DNA from: Minisyncoccota bacterium
Lineage (GTDB): Bacteria > Patescibacteriota > Minisyncoccia > Phycocordibacterales > UBA6065
Reading direction: 5' to 3'
DNA length: 64,000 bases
Assembly (NCBI GenBank): GCA_035714745.1
Contig: DASTLR010000014.1
Coordinates: 30,861 to 94,860 of the forward strand
Position 1 is the first letter of the stretch, and the number at the start of each line of letters is the position of its first letter. Of this stretch, positions 41,876 to 51,592 are shown piece by piece. The translations under genes were made by a program, and so were the position numbers. The notes under the pieces were generated by a model that was not told the DNA's origin, ran no database searches, and worked only from the letters and a program-made list of their open reading frames with translations.

Positions 41876-42982
41876 ATGAAAAGTGCCATCACGCGCCTGA
41901 TGCTGGTAACGTTGCTCGCCGCCGCCTTGCTCTATTTCGAGGCTACCCATGCCTATGCGGCCACGCTCTACTATGACAACAACGCCGGTAGCGGCGACAG
42001 CCACTGGGAGACCCTGGGCAACTGGTGGCAGGATCCGGGCCATGTGACCCTGGCTCCGTCCCTGCCTTCGAACGGCGACCTGGTCTATATCGACGGCTCG
42101 GGCGTCCTGGCCCAGCTCCTGGGATCGCCGCTCTCGCTCGCCCAGATCATCGTCGGCCAGTATTCCGGAGGCTCGGGCGCCGAGCTCTACGGCGTCATCG
42201 GCGACGCGATCTTTAACGGCCATTCGTACAATCAGGGTAACATCATCGGCAATGCCATCTTTGGCCAGTATTCATATAACGGATCGAACGGCGCGGTCAC
42301 GGGCGACGCGGCCTTTAGCGGTGAGACGTACAACCAGGGCATCGTAGGCGGTAGTGCCACCTTTGACGATGTCTCCTATAACGGCTCGGGAGGCACGGTC
42401 GGGGGCGACGCGTCATTCACCGGCCATACCTATAACGAGGGAGGTGTAGCGGGCAGCGGCATGTTTACGGATACCTCCTATAACGGCTCGGGCGGCACGG
42501 TCGGGGGCGACGCCACGTTCACCGATCACACCTACAATGAGGGTCATGTCATGGGCGCGGCCTTTTTGAGCGGCCAGGCATACAACGGCTCGGCGGGCAT
42601 GATCGACGCTAGCGGCATAGCCGGCACGCTCCAGGGCGTCGTCGTCTCGGCAGAGCCCGCTCCCGAGCCTGTCCGTGCCGTGGCGACCGTCTCGGCGTTT
42701 CGCCCTGTCGGATCGTCGATCGTCCGCAGGCAGGCGAACCTGGCTGCCGTGGCGGCTGCGGCAAGCGGCGTGACCGGCGCGGAGCGAGGCGAGGCAGCTT
42801 TCGAACCGTCAGCTCCGGTGGCACAGGCGGCCTCGCTCGATTCCTCGGTGCGCGTCTCGACGGCCGAGGCCCTGGCCTTCGTCCAGCGCTACCAGCAGAT
42901 AGCGAAGATCCTCGAGACCCTCGCCAAGTTTGTCCGGGCGCCGATCTTTGGCCAGAACGGCCATGGCCTCTCGATGCAGTAG
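41876..42982 (+). CDS. secreted Gly/Asn-rich repeat protein
   Basis: Signal peptide (..THAYA); repeats GDATF.D.SYN(GS)GG.V.G; 102-nt direct repeat. Confidence 0.8.
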   Translation: MKSAITRLMLVTLLAAALLYFEATHAYAATLYYDNNAGSGDSHWETLGNWWQDPGHVTLAPSLPSNGDLVYIDGSGVLAQLLGSPLSLAQIIVGQYSGGSGAELYGVIGDAIFNGHSYNQGNIIGNAIFGQYSYNGSNGAVTGDAAFSGETYNQGIVGGSATFDDVSYNGSGGTVGGDASFTGHTYNEGGVAGSGMFTDTSYNGSGGTVGGDATFTDHTYNEGHVMGAAFLSGQAYNGSAGMIDASGIAGTLQGVVVSAEPAPEPVRAVATVSAFRPVGSSIVRRQANLAAVAAAASGVTGAERGEAAFEPSAPVAQAASLDSSVRVSTAEALAFVQRYQQIAKILETLAKFVRAPIFGQNGHGLSMQ

Positions 42983-43028
42983 CAAAAAAGCGAGCATGGC
43001 TCGCTTTAGCAAAGGCTAGACCGCGGGC

Positions 43029-43274
43029 CTAGTCTCTTTGGATGCGCCCGCGGGCGCTGTTCCGGAGCTGGATATATAGGATGAAGAGCCCCAGCATGAT
43101 GAGCGCCAGGACGGCGTAGACCACGCGCTCCTTGGCCGGGTCGCGGAGCGAGCGGGCATAGATGGCGCCTGGCACGGCCACAAGGGTAAAGACGGCCATA
43201 AGGACGACTCTGACCTTGCGCTTGTAGATCTTGTAATCCGTATAGTGAAAATAATCGGGCGGCGATGGCTTCAT
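43029..43274 (-). CDS. small 2-TM membrane protein
   Basis: Two hydrophobic helices in 81 aa. Confidence 0.6.
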   Translation of the reverse strand: MKPSPPDYFHYTDYKIYKRKVRVVLMAVFTLVAVPGAIYARSLRDPAKERVVYAVLALIMLGLFILYIQLRNSARGRIQRD

Positions 43275-43357
43275 AAGAAGAACAGGGGAGATTAGAGGAG
43301 GAAACCGCTTTTAATATATCATATTTTGTGGTATAATCACAATCTGGCCGATTTCCT

Positions 43358-44644
43358 ATGACCATCGAAGCCTTCGAACAGCTGAATATGCCCGACGCTC
43401 CCGGCGTCTATTTCTGGAAGCAGGGCGCGACCATCCTCTACATCGGCAAGGCCACCTCCCTGCGCGACCGCGTGCGCTCGTATTTCTCCGCCGACCTCAT
43501 CTCGACCCGAGGGCCGCGCATGGTGGATATGGTCTTTAAAGCCGATACCATCGAATGGCTGGAGACCGATTCGGTCCTGGAGGCCATGATCGCCGAGGCC
43601 AACCTCATCAAGAAGCATTGGCCCGATTACAATGTCAAAGAAAAGGACGGCAAGAGCTGGAACTACGTGGTCGTCACCCGCGACCGCTTTCCCTTGGTCC
43701 TGACCATCCGCGGCCGGACGCTCGAGGTCGAGCGGCAAAAGAAGCTCTTGAAGGTCCGCGCGGCGTTCGGGCCCTTTACCTCGGGCTCGGCCCTGCGCGA
43801 GGCCCTCAAGATCATCCGCAGGATGTTTCCCTTCATCGACCGCGCCTCGTCGACCAAGTACACCAGCACCTTTTACCGTCAGATCGGTCTCTCTCCCGAT
43901 ACGGCCAGCGAGGAGGCGCGCCTGGAATACAAAAAGAACATCGAGCACATCATCCTCTTTTTCAGCGGCCGCAAGAAAGCCCTCTGCCGCAGGCTGGAGA
44001 AGGAGATGAACGAGTATGCCCGGGCCCGGGAGTTCGAGAAGGCCGAGGCGACCAAGCGCAAGCTCTTTGCCCTGGACCATATCCAGGACATCGCCCTCAT
44101 AAAGGAGGACGTCGAGAACTTCGCGCGGACGGCGGGCGGCGCGAACGCGGGCGCGGACGGCGCCGCTGCGCCTGGGTCCGAAGAGGGCTTCCGCATCGAG
44201 GCCTATGACACCGCCCACATGTCGGGCAAGGAATCGGCCGGCGTCATGACGGTGGTCTGCGACGGCGAGCTGGCCAAGGGCGAGTACCGCAAATTCAAGC
44301 TCTCTCCCGAGATCGGCAACAACGACGTCCGGTCGCTCCGCGAGATCATCGAGCGCCGCCTGCGCCATCCTGAGTGGCGCCTGCCCGACCTAATGGTCAT
44401 CGACGGCGGCCAGGGCCAGCTGAATCTGGCGGAGAAGGTCGTCGCCGAGCAGGGCGCCGTCATGCCTGTGGTCTCGGTGGTCAAGGACGAGCGTCACAAG
44501 CCCGCGGACATCCTGGGAAATCCCGAGATCGTGGCACGGCACAAGAAAGCCATCCTCCTCGCCAACAGCGAGGCCCACCGCTTCGCCCTGGCATATCACC
44601 GCAAATTGCGCCGAATGCGAAATCCAAGGAGAGGAAAGCTGTAA
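43358..44644 (+). CDS. uvrC: excinuclease ABC subunit C, short form lacking HhH tail
   Basis: PGVY...YIGKATSLRDRVRSY GIY-YIG, UVR, IEAYDTAH, PDLMVIDGGQGQ, EAHRFA. Confidence 0.93.
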   Translation: MTIEAFEQLNMPDAPGVYFWKQGATILYIGKATSLRDRVRSYFSADLISTRGPRMVDMVFKADTIEWLETDSVLEAMIAEANLIKKHWPDYNVKEKDGKSWNYVVVTRDRFPLVLTIRGRTLEVERQKKLLKVRAAFGPFTSGSALREALKIIRRMFPFIDRASSTKYTSTFYRQIGLSPDTASEEARLEYKKNIEHIILFFSGRKKALCRRLEKEMNEYARAREFEKAEATKRKLFALDHIQDIALIKEDVENFARTAGGANAGADGAAAPGSEEGFRIEAYDTAHMSGKESAGVMTVVCDGELAKGEYRKFKLSPEIGNNDVRSLREIIERRLRHPEWRLPDLMVIDGGQGQLNLAEKVVAEQGAVMPVVSVVKDERHKPADILGNPEIVARHKKAILLANSEAHRFALAYHRKLRRMRNPRRGKL

Positions 44645-44701
44645 GCACTCTGGTGATCGCTGTGTTCTCGGTGCTCCCTCTTTCTTTGCTATACTTATCC
44701 T

Positions 44702-45679
44702 ATGTCATTCGCGCACAAGATCCGCGTAGCCGTCCTGCGCGGCGGGCCGTCCTCGGAATACGAGGTCTCCCTCAAGTCCGGCGAGGCCGTGCTCAAGCAT
44801 CTGCCGTCGAAATACGAGGGCATCGACGTCTTTATCTCGCGGGAGGGAGTCTGGCACGTGCACGGCATCGAAAAGAAGCCAGCCGATGCCCTCAAGCACG
44901 TCGACGTGGCCTTTCTCGCCCTCCATGGCCAGTTCGGCGAGGACGGCAAGGTCCAGCGCATCCTCGAGCACCTGGGCATCCCGTACACGGGATCGGCTTC
45001 GTTCCCGTCGGCTGTGGCTATGAACAAGCACCTGGCGAAAGGGGCGCTCAAGGGTCTCAAGGACAAGATAAAGATGGCCGCGCATCGCATATTCACCCGC
45101 GACGAGATTAAAGAGAAGGGCGCGCACGAGATCTTCCGCCTGATCCCTCATCCCTCCATCGTCAAGCCTGCCGCCGCGGGCTCCTCGGTCGGGGTGACGG
45201 TAGTGAGAGATTTCTTTAACTTGCAGACGGCGCTCGACGAAGCCCTCAAGCATTCCGACGCGGTCATCGTCGAGGAGCTGGTCGAGGGCAGGGAGGCGAC
45301 CGTGGCCGTCGTCGACGGCTTCCGGGGGGAGGAGAGCTACGCGCTCCCGCCGGTAGAGATCATCCCGCGCAAGGAGTCGCCGTTCTTCGACTATCAGGCC
45401 AAGTACGAGGGCAAGAGCCAGGAGATCTGCCCCGGAAACTTCGACGAAGCCACCAAGAAAGCCTTGCTGGAAGCCGCTCGCGCCATTCACCGCGAGCTGG
45501 GGCTGCGCCATTATTCACGCAGCGATTTCATCGTCCATCCAAGGCGCGGCGTCTTCTTTCTGGAAGCGAACACGCTGCCTGGCCTGACCTCGGAGTCGCT
45601 CCTGCCGAAATCGGTGGCTGCGGTCGGCTCTTCATTGCCTGAATTTTTGGATCACGTCATAACCTTGGCGCGCTCATGA
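44702..45679 (+). CDS. ddl: D-alanine--D-alanine ligase
   Basis: GGPSSEYEVSL, LHGQFGEDG, GSSVG, DYQAKY, EANTLPG. Confidence 0.96.
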   Translation: MSFAHKIRVAVLRGGPSSEYEVSLKSGEAVLKHLPSKYEGIDVFISREGVWHVHGIEKKPADALKHVDVAFLALHGQFGEDGKVQRILEHLGIPYTGSASFPSAVAMNKHLAKGALKGLKDKIKMAAHRIFTRDEIKEKGAHEIFRLIPHPSIVKPAAAGSSVGVTVVRDFFNLQTALDEALKHSDAVIVEELVEGREATVAVVDGFRGEESYALPPVEIIPRKESPFFDYQAKYEGKSQEICPGNFDEATKKALLEAARAIHRELGLRHYSRSDFIVHPRRGVFFLEANTLPGLTSESLLPKSVAAVGSSLPEFLDHVITLARS

Positions 45680-47964
45680 AAGCGGCTTTCTTTGATATAG
45701 ACAACACCTTGACCGAGAGCCGCGCGCCGATCTCGGAGGAGCTGGCTGGCCTGTTGTCGCGGCTGATAGATGCCGTGCCGGTGGCCCTGATATCGGGCGG
45801 CTCGGCGGCGGACATCGAATCGCAGGTCGTCTCGCGGCTGTCGCATACGCGCCGAGAGAACCTCTATCTCGTGCCCACCGAGGGGGCCGAGCTAAGGGCT
45901 TTCGAGGACGGTTCTTGGAAGACCGTATATGCCCGTCCGATCCCTGGGGACAAGAAGCGCCGGATCCTCGATGCCTTGGAAAGGGTGGCGCCGGCATTCG
46001 GGGGCGCCGGGGCGTACGTCGAGGACCGCGGAGGCCTGGTCGCCTATCACGGCCTCGGCAAGGGCTCGTCTCTTGAGGAAAAGTACGCCTGGGACCCTGC
46101 TCGGGAGAAAAGGATCCCGCTCGTCAAGGCTCTGCGCGCGCTCCTGCCTGATGCGGAGATAGGCATCGCCGGTTCGACGACGGTCAACGTCTCTGACGCC
46201 GGCGTCGATAAAGCATACGGCATAGCCGAGCTGCTCAAGCGGCTCTCGCTCGCTCCGGCCGATGCGATCTTCGTCGGGGACGCTCTCTGCCCGGGCGGCA
46301 ACGACGAGCCGGCGCTCGATAGGGGGGTCCGCGTCCTGCCGACGAGCGGTCCGTCTGAGACCGCGGCGATCATCGGGCGGCTTTTGAATGAAGCAGGGGA
46401 TTCTTCCGGCCGCGCGCGGCCGCGCAAAGTGGCTTACTTTTGCATGGAATATGGATTGGAAGACGATCTACCGATCTTTGCGGGCGGCCTGGGCATCCTG
46501 GCGGGCGATATCGTCCGTGCCGCAGGGACCCGCTCGGACATCAGCCTGACGGCCCTCGGCTTGATCAACAGGCGGGGTATGAAGTCTTCCGAGAACAAAG
46601 GCGACGTCGACTACGCCCTGCAGCTGGCGCAGCGCGGCTATGCCAAGACCGTCACCGTCGAGGTCCCTATAGCGGGGCGCGTCGTGCGCGCGTGCGCGTG
46701 GAGGAAATCCTTCGGCTCGAGCGAGGCATACCTTTTTGATACGGCCCTCCCCGAGAACGCTCCGCAGGACAGGAAGGCGGCCGATTTCCTCTATCAGAGA
46801 GAGCAGGAGCCGCGGATCGTCCAGGAGCTGGTGCTCGGCGTCGGCGGCGTGCGCCTGCTCGGGCGCCTCGGCATCGTCCCCGACGCGTATCATTTCAACG
46901 AGGGCCATACGGGCTTCGGCGCCCTGGCCGCCGAGCTCGAGGCGTCCGCGCCGCGCGGCTCGATCGTCGCCACCAAGCACACCATCCTTCCCGGCGCGGG
47001 GACCTATCTCTCTCGGGCGGATTTCGAGAGATATCTGGGCGCGTACATCCGCGGCTGCGGCGGGTCGGTCGACGGAGTCTTTTCTCGAGGGGCGCTCTCG
47101 CGCGACAAGGATATCTTTTCGACGACGCGCTTCCTGTTGGGCGCGGCGGGCCGGTCGACGGGCGTGAGCCAGGCCCATGTGGCCGCCGAAAAGGTACGAT
47201 ATCCCCACAGCCCGCTCTTTTCTATCGTCAACGGCGTCGACCCTCTGCGCTGGGCCGCTCCGTCGCAGGACAAGGCAGCGCTCCGGGCCGAGCTGGTCCG
47301 CTTCGCCAACCAGGCGGCCGGGTCCCGGCTCGATCCCGGCATCATGACCGTCGTCTGGGCCAGAAGGTTCGTCGCGTACAAGAGGCCGGGTCTGCTCTTG
47401 GGCGATGCCGAGGCTCTCTTGGCCCTGGTCAGCGACCCCGAGCGCCCGATGCAGTTCATATTCGCCGGCAAAGCCTACCAGGACGACGAGGTCGGCGTGC
47501 AGGCCTTGGCGCGGATACGCCGGCTTGCCCAGGACCCGCGCTTTCGGGGCAGGATCGCTTACATACCCGATTATTCGATATCCGCCGCTAAGAAGCTCGT
47601 CCAGGGAGCGGACGTCTGGCTCAATACGCCGATCCCCGGCTTTGAGGCCTGCGGCACGAGCGGCATGAAGGCGGGGCTGAACGGAGCTTTAGTCCTGTCT
47701 GCCGTTGACGGCTGGGTGGCGGAGGCAAAAGGCCTCGCCGAGGCGGGCTGGCTCATGTCTGAGCGGAACATAGAGCGCGAGCTCTATCGATATCTGCGCG
47801 CCGCCGCCGCCGAGTTCGGCTCGGCGCGCTGGGAGGCCAGGGCCGCGGCTATCCGGCGTATCGTGGGCGCCGGCTTTACCGTCCAGCGCATGCTGGATAT
47901 ATACCTCGAAAAGCTGTATACTCCGACAGATGAAGCTTCTACAATTCGCCAAGTCGCCCCGTAG
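45676..47964 (+). CDS. glgP: HAD-IIB (PMM/alpha-PGM-like) domain fused to alpha-glucan phosphorylase
   Basis: FDIDNTL...GVDKAYG...FVGD..PGGND; then MEYGL, GGLGILAGD, HFNEGH, RRFVAYKR, EACGTSGMKA. Confidence 0.88.
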   Translation: MKAAFFDIDNTLTESRAPISEELAGLLSRLIDAVPVALISGGSAADIESQVVSRLSHTRRENLYLVPTEGAELRAFEDGSWKTVYARPIPGDKKRRILDALERVAPAFGGAGAYVEDRGGLVAYHGLGKGSSLEEKYAWDPAREKRIPLVKALRALLPDAEIGIAGSTTVNVSDAGVDKAYGIAELLKRLSLAPADAIFVGDALCPGGNDEPALDRGVRVLPTSGPSETAAIIGRLLNEAGDSSGRARPRKVAYFCMEYGLEDDLPIFAGGLGILAGDIVRAAGTRSDISLTALGLINRRGMKSSENKGDVDYALQLAQRGYAKTVTVEVPIAGRVVRACAWRKSFGSSEAYLFDTALPENAPQDRKAADFLYQREQEPRIVQELVLGVGGVRLLGRLGIVPDAYHFNEGHTGFGALAAELEASAPRGSIVATKHTILPGAGTYLSRADFERYLGAYIRGCGGSVDGVFSRGALSRDKDIFSTTRFLLGAAGRSTGVSQAHVAAEKVRYPHSPLFSIVNGVDPLRWAAPSQDKAALRAELVRFANQAAGSRLDPGIMTVVWARRFVAYKRPGLLLGDAEALLALVSDPERPMQFIFAGKAYQDDEVGVQALARIRRLAQDPRFRGRIAYIPDYSISAAKKLVQGADVWLNTPIPGFEACGTSGMKAGLNGALVLSAVDGWVAEAKGLAEAGWLMSERNIERELYRYLRAAAAEFGSARWEARAAAIRRIVGAGFTVQRMLDIYLEKLYTPTDEASTIRQVAP

Positions 47965-49456
47965 GATACTGTTCGTCGGGGCCGAAGCCGCCCCGTTCGT
48001 CAAGGTAGGCGGCCTGGCCTCAGTCATGGACTCCCTGCCTCGCGCCCTGCGGGACAGGGGCTGCGACGCTCGGGTGATGATCCCTAAATACCTCTCTATA
48101 GAGGAGAAGTACGGGCTCTCCCTGGCCCACAAGGGCCTGAACGTCCCCACGGGCAATTCCGCCGGCCCGACCCACCTGGTCTGCAACGTGAAGATCTTCG
48201 AGCCGAAAGGGCCGAAAGAGCCGGTGACCACCTATTTCCTGGAGAACCAGGAATACTACGAGCAGAGGAGCAATGTCTACGGCTACGCCGACGACGCCGT
48301 GCGCTGGGCCCTGCTGTGCCGCGGCGCCATAGAGTTCTTTAGGCTGTCGAAGGACTGGGTGCCCGACGTCATCGTCGCCTGCGACTGGCAGGCGGCCTTG
48401 CTCGTCAACTACCTAAAGACCGAGTACAAGAGCAATCCGCAGGTCAATGGCATCGCCACGGTCTATGCCATCCACAACCTGTATTACCAGGGCATGTTCG
48501 ACCACCGCTTCATCCAGGAGATGGACTATGACGACGGCCGGTCGCCGGTGCCCGCCTTCGAGGACCCGCGCCTGGCAAAGATCAACTGCATGAGGCGCGG
48601 CATCATCCACGCCGACATGGTCACGACGGTCTCGCCGACCTACGCGAAAGAGATCCTCACCCCTGACTACGGAGAGCTGCTCGATACCTTGCTGCGCGAG
48701 AGGAGGAACGTCCTGACCGGCATCCTGAACGGCATCGACTATGCCGTCTGGGACCCCAAGCGCGATCCCTACATAGTCCATAAATACGACAAGGACTCCC
48801 TTTCAGTCCGGGCCAAGAACAAGGCCGTCCTCCAGGAGCGCTTTGGCCTGGAGAAGGACAAGGGCTCGTTCCTGATCGGCATCGCCTCCCGGCTGACCAA
48901 GCAGAAGGGCTTCGAGCTCCTCTATCCGATCTTTGAGACCCTGATGCGCGAGCTGCCGATCCAGCTCGCAGTGGTCGGCAGCGGAGACGCGGAGGTCATG
49001 GGCTTCTTCCACGGCCTGGAGACGAAATACCCGGGCAGGGTGGCGGCGCATCTGTCCTTTGACGCGATCCTGCCGCATCTGATCTTTGCCGGAGCCGACG
49101 CCGTGCTGGTGCCTTCGCAGTTCGAGCCGTGCGGCCTGGTCCAGATGGAGGCTATGAGGATGGGCGCCGTGCCGATCGCCCGCAGGACGGGCGGCCTGGC
49201 CGACAGCGTCCAGGATTACGACGCCGAGGATGACTCGGGCACGGGCTTCACCTTCGAGAAATACGACTCCTCGTCCCTCATGATCGCCCTTATCAGGGCC
49301 TACGAGAACTTCAAGGACAAGAAAGAGTGGGCCAAGATATCCAGGAGGGCCATGGAAAGCGACTTCTCCTGGGACACGTCCGCCGAAAAGTACCTGGAGG
49401 TATTCGAGCGGGCCCTCTCGCTCCGCCAGAGGGAGCTCGAGAAGGAATCCGAATAA
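47930..49456 (+). CDS. glgA: glycogen/starch synthase
   Basis: KVGGLA, TTVSPTYA, GILNGID, RLTKQKG, PSQFEPCGL, TGGLAD. Confidence 0.96.
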   Translation: MKLLQFAKSPRRILFVGAEAAPFVKVGGLASVMDSLPRALRDRGCDARVMIPKYLSIEEKYGLSLAHKGLNVPTGNSAGPTHLVCNVKIFEPKGPKEPVTTYFLENQEYYEQRSNVYGYADDAVRWALLCRGAIEFFRLSKDWVPDVIVACDWQAALLVNYLKTEYKSNPQVNGIATVYAIHNLYYQGMFDHRFIQEMDYDDGRSPVPAFEDPRLAKINCMRRGIIHADMVTTVSPTYAKEILTPDYGELLDTLLRERRNVLTGILNGIDYAVWDPKRDPYIVHKYDKDSLSVRAKNKAVLQERFGLEKDKGSFLIGIASRLTKQKGFELLYPIFETLMRELPIQLAVVGSGDAEVMGFFHGLETKYPGRVAAHLSFDAILPHLIFAGADAVLVPSQFEPCGLVQMEAMRMGAVPIARRTGGLADSVQDYDAEDDSGTGFTFEKYDSSSLMIALIRAYENFKDKKEWAKISRRAMESDFSWDTSAEKYLEVFERALSLRQRELEKESE

Positions 49457-49484
49457 GGGCGACAGATAACCACCTACAACCGAT

Positions 49485-50873
49485 ATGAAATGGGCGAATT
49501 TCCTACACGTATACCAGCCGCCGACCCAGAAGCCTATCTGGGTGAGGAGGATCGCAGACGAATGCTACAGAAAGCTGTTCGCAGGGCTTAGGAACATACC
49601 GCGCGCGCGGGTCACCCTCAATATCAACAGCGTGCTCTGCGAGCTCCTGGAGCAGAACGGGGCAGGCGACGTCATCGATAGCATCCGCGCCCTGGTCGAG
49701 GCAGGCCAGGTCGAGCTGACCGGCAGCGCCAAATACCACGCGTTCCTGCCGCTCCTTCCCGAAGCAGAGATAGAGCGGCAGATCAGGTTGAACGAAGAGG
49801 GGTTGAATAGGTGTTTCGGGACGAAATGGAAGAAAGGCGGCTTTTTCTCTCCCGAAATGGCCTATTCAAAGAAAGTCGCCGCTGTCGCGCAGAGGATGGG
49901 ATATCGATGGATCGTCATCGACGAGATGGCGTTTCCCGCCGATAGAAAGCCGGCGCGCGACAGGATATACGAGATCCAGGGACTCAAGGGATTTTACGCG
50001 TTCTTCCGAGAGAGGAATTTCTCGTTCAAGATACTCTCTGCCTCCCAGCTCTCCACGATGCCGGCTATCATGCGCTTCCTTGAGCCCCGCTTTGGCAAGA
50101 AGGAGTTCACCGTCACCGGAATGGACGGCGAGACGTTCGGCCACCATCGCCCGGGCCTCGAGAAGCTGCTCTTCGACCTGCTCTCGGACGACAAGATCGA
50201 GCCGATCGCGGTGGGCGACGCGCTCGAGCTCGGCTTTCCCGTAGAGGCTATCGAGCCGCGCCAGTCGACGTGGGCGTCGGTGCCGCGCGATTTCACCATC
50301 GGAGAGCCTTTCCTGCGCTGGAACAATCCGAATAACGCCATTCAGAGGTACCAGTGGGAGCTGACCGACCTCGCGATCAGCCTGGTCAATAGGGATGGCG
50401 GGCAGAAGCCCCGCTCTTTGCTCGATTCGTCGCTCCATTCCGATCAGTATTGGTGGTCGTCGGCGCGGCCGTGGTGGAGCCTGGAGATGATCGAGAGAGG
50501 CGCATACGACTTGAAAGAGACCATCCGCGCCTGCGAAAGCGCGTCGCCGGACGAGCTGGCAAAGGCCGACGAGCTCTACAAGGACATACTCTACACGGGC
50601 TTTGAATGGCAGCGGACGGGAGTGGTCGACGAGCTCTCTAGGTCCGAGAACGAAGAGGTCAGAGAGCGGCTCGAGGAGAAAGAGAAGCTCTTCGTCACGG
50701 CCGAAGAGTTCGAAGATATGATCAAGAACCTGCGGGAGCAGATGCGCTCGGCGGCGCAGGCAGAGGAATACCATCGCGCGTCGATGATCAAGGACAGGAT
50801 ACGCGAGCTGGAAGAGGAGATGGAGAGGAACGGAAGCTCTCGGCCGAAACCGGGTTCAGACCTGATGTTCTAG
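49485..50873 (+). CDS. glycoside hydrolase family 57 protein with C-terminal UVR-like coiled coil
   Basis: HVYQP, YHAFLPL, FSPEMAY, MDGETFGHH, HSDQYWW; tail LREQMRSAAQAEEYHRASMIKDRIREL. Confidence 0.88.
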   Translation: MKWANFLHVYQPPTQKPIWVRRIADECYRKLFAGLRNIPRARVTLNINSVLCELLEQNGAGDVIDSIRALVEAGQVELTGSAKYHAFLPLLPEAEIERQIRLNEEGLNRCFGTKWKKGGFFSPEMAYSKKVAAVAQRMGYRWIVIDEMAFPADRKPARDRIYEIQGLKGFYAFFRERNFSFKILSASQLSTMPAIMRFLEPRFGKKEFTVTGMDGETFGHHRPGLEKLLFDLLSDDKIEPIAVGDALELGFPVEAIEPRQSTWASVPRDFTIGEPFLRWNNPNNAIQRYQWELTDLAISLVNRDGGQKPRSLLDSSLHSDQYWWSSARPWWSLEMIERGAYDLKETIRACESASPDELAKADELYKDILYTGFEWQRTGVVDELSRSENEEVRERLEEKEKLFVTAEEFEDMIKNLREQMRSAAQAEEYHRASMIKDRIRELEEEMERNGSSRPKPGSDLMF

Positions 50874-51428
50874 CGGCGGCACGTCCGCATATCTCGGATT
50901 CCTGACGAATTCAGGCTTGCCGTCCTTTTCAATGACGTAATAGGCCGCGCCGCGGAGGCTTTTGAACGGCCGGTAGTCCGCATGGCCGGGGGAGCCCGCG
51001 GGGTCCTTCTCGGAAAAATCGACCGGGCTGTCGTCCTCGGTGACGAGCCATGTTCTGCCGGTATTCACGGCCAGGTGCCCCGCGCCAGAAGGGATGAAGA
51101 CCGAGTCGCCGGCCTTGACCCTGACGGCTTTGAAAGAACCTATCTCGGCGTCGATAGGAGAGCCGTCGGCGCCGGTCTTCCTGACCTGCATGAGGATGTA
51201 GCCCTCGCCGGCCAGGATCCTGTAGGTCTCGTCGAGACGGCCGACGTGATAATGCCCGTAGGACTTTACATATTCGCCGCCGACCGTGCCCGGTTCCCAG
51301 ACCGTGACGTTGCCCTTGGAGCTGCCGCCACGGATCATGTAGTAATGCGCGGCCGGTCCGTCTGCTGACGGATCCATGAGGACGTCTTTCATCTGCTCGT
51401 GGGAGCGGACGGCGAGCGGCTTTTCCAT
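50856..51428 (-). CDS. cupin-type glucose-6-phosphate isomerase
   Basis: PGTVGGEYVKSYGHYH, ETY...GEG, IPSGAGHLAVNTG, GHADY. Confidence 0.85.
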   Translation of the reverse strand: MEKPLAVRSHEQMKDVLMDPSADGPAAHYYMIRGGSSKGNVTVWEPGTVGGEYVKSYGHYHVGRLDETYRILAGEGYILMQVRKTGADGSPIDAEIGSFKAVRVKAGDSVFIPSGAGHLAVNTGRTWLVTEDDSPVDFSEKDPAGSPGHADYRPFKSLRGAAYYVIEKDGKPEFVRNPRYADVPPLEHQV

Positions 51429-51451
51429 GAATCGATTATACCATCGAATTG

Positions 51452-51524
51452 TGGACCCTACAGGACTCGAACCTGCCACCCCCTCATTGCAAATGAGGTG
51501 CTCTACCAGATGAGCTAAGGGCCC
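51452..51524 (-). tRNA. tRNA-Ala(TGC)
   Basis: GGGCCCTTAGCTCATCTGGTAGAGCACCTCATTTGCAATGAGGGGGTGGCAGGTTCGAGTCCTGTAGGGTCCA cloverleaf; CCA not encoded. Confidence 0.97.
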
Positions 51525-51592
51525 GTCATGCGCCGCATTGGCGGTCGTGCGGAGACCGAGACAATATAGCGTAAAAGCCGTAAACTATCAAT

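Noticed and set aside
50856-51479. Extended N-termini in the ORF track (cupin PGI, uvrB, rpoD, tgt, umuD, ECF)
   Set aside because: Extensions run into tRNA, promoter or upstream genes; downstream ATGs fit family starts and, for most, the -10 spacing
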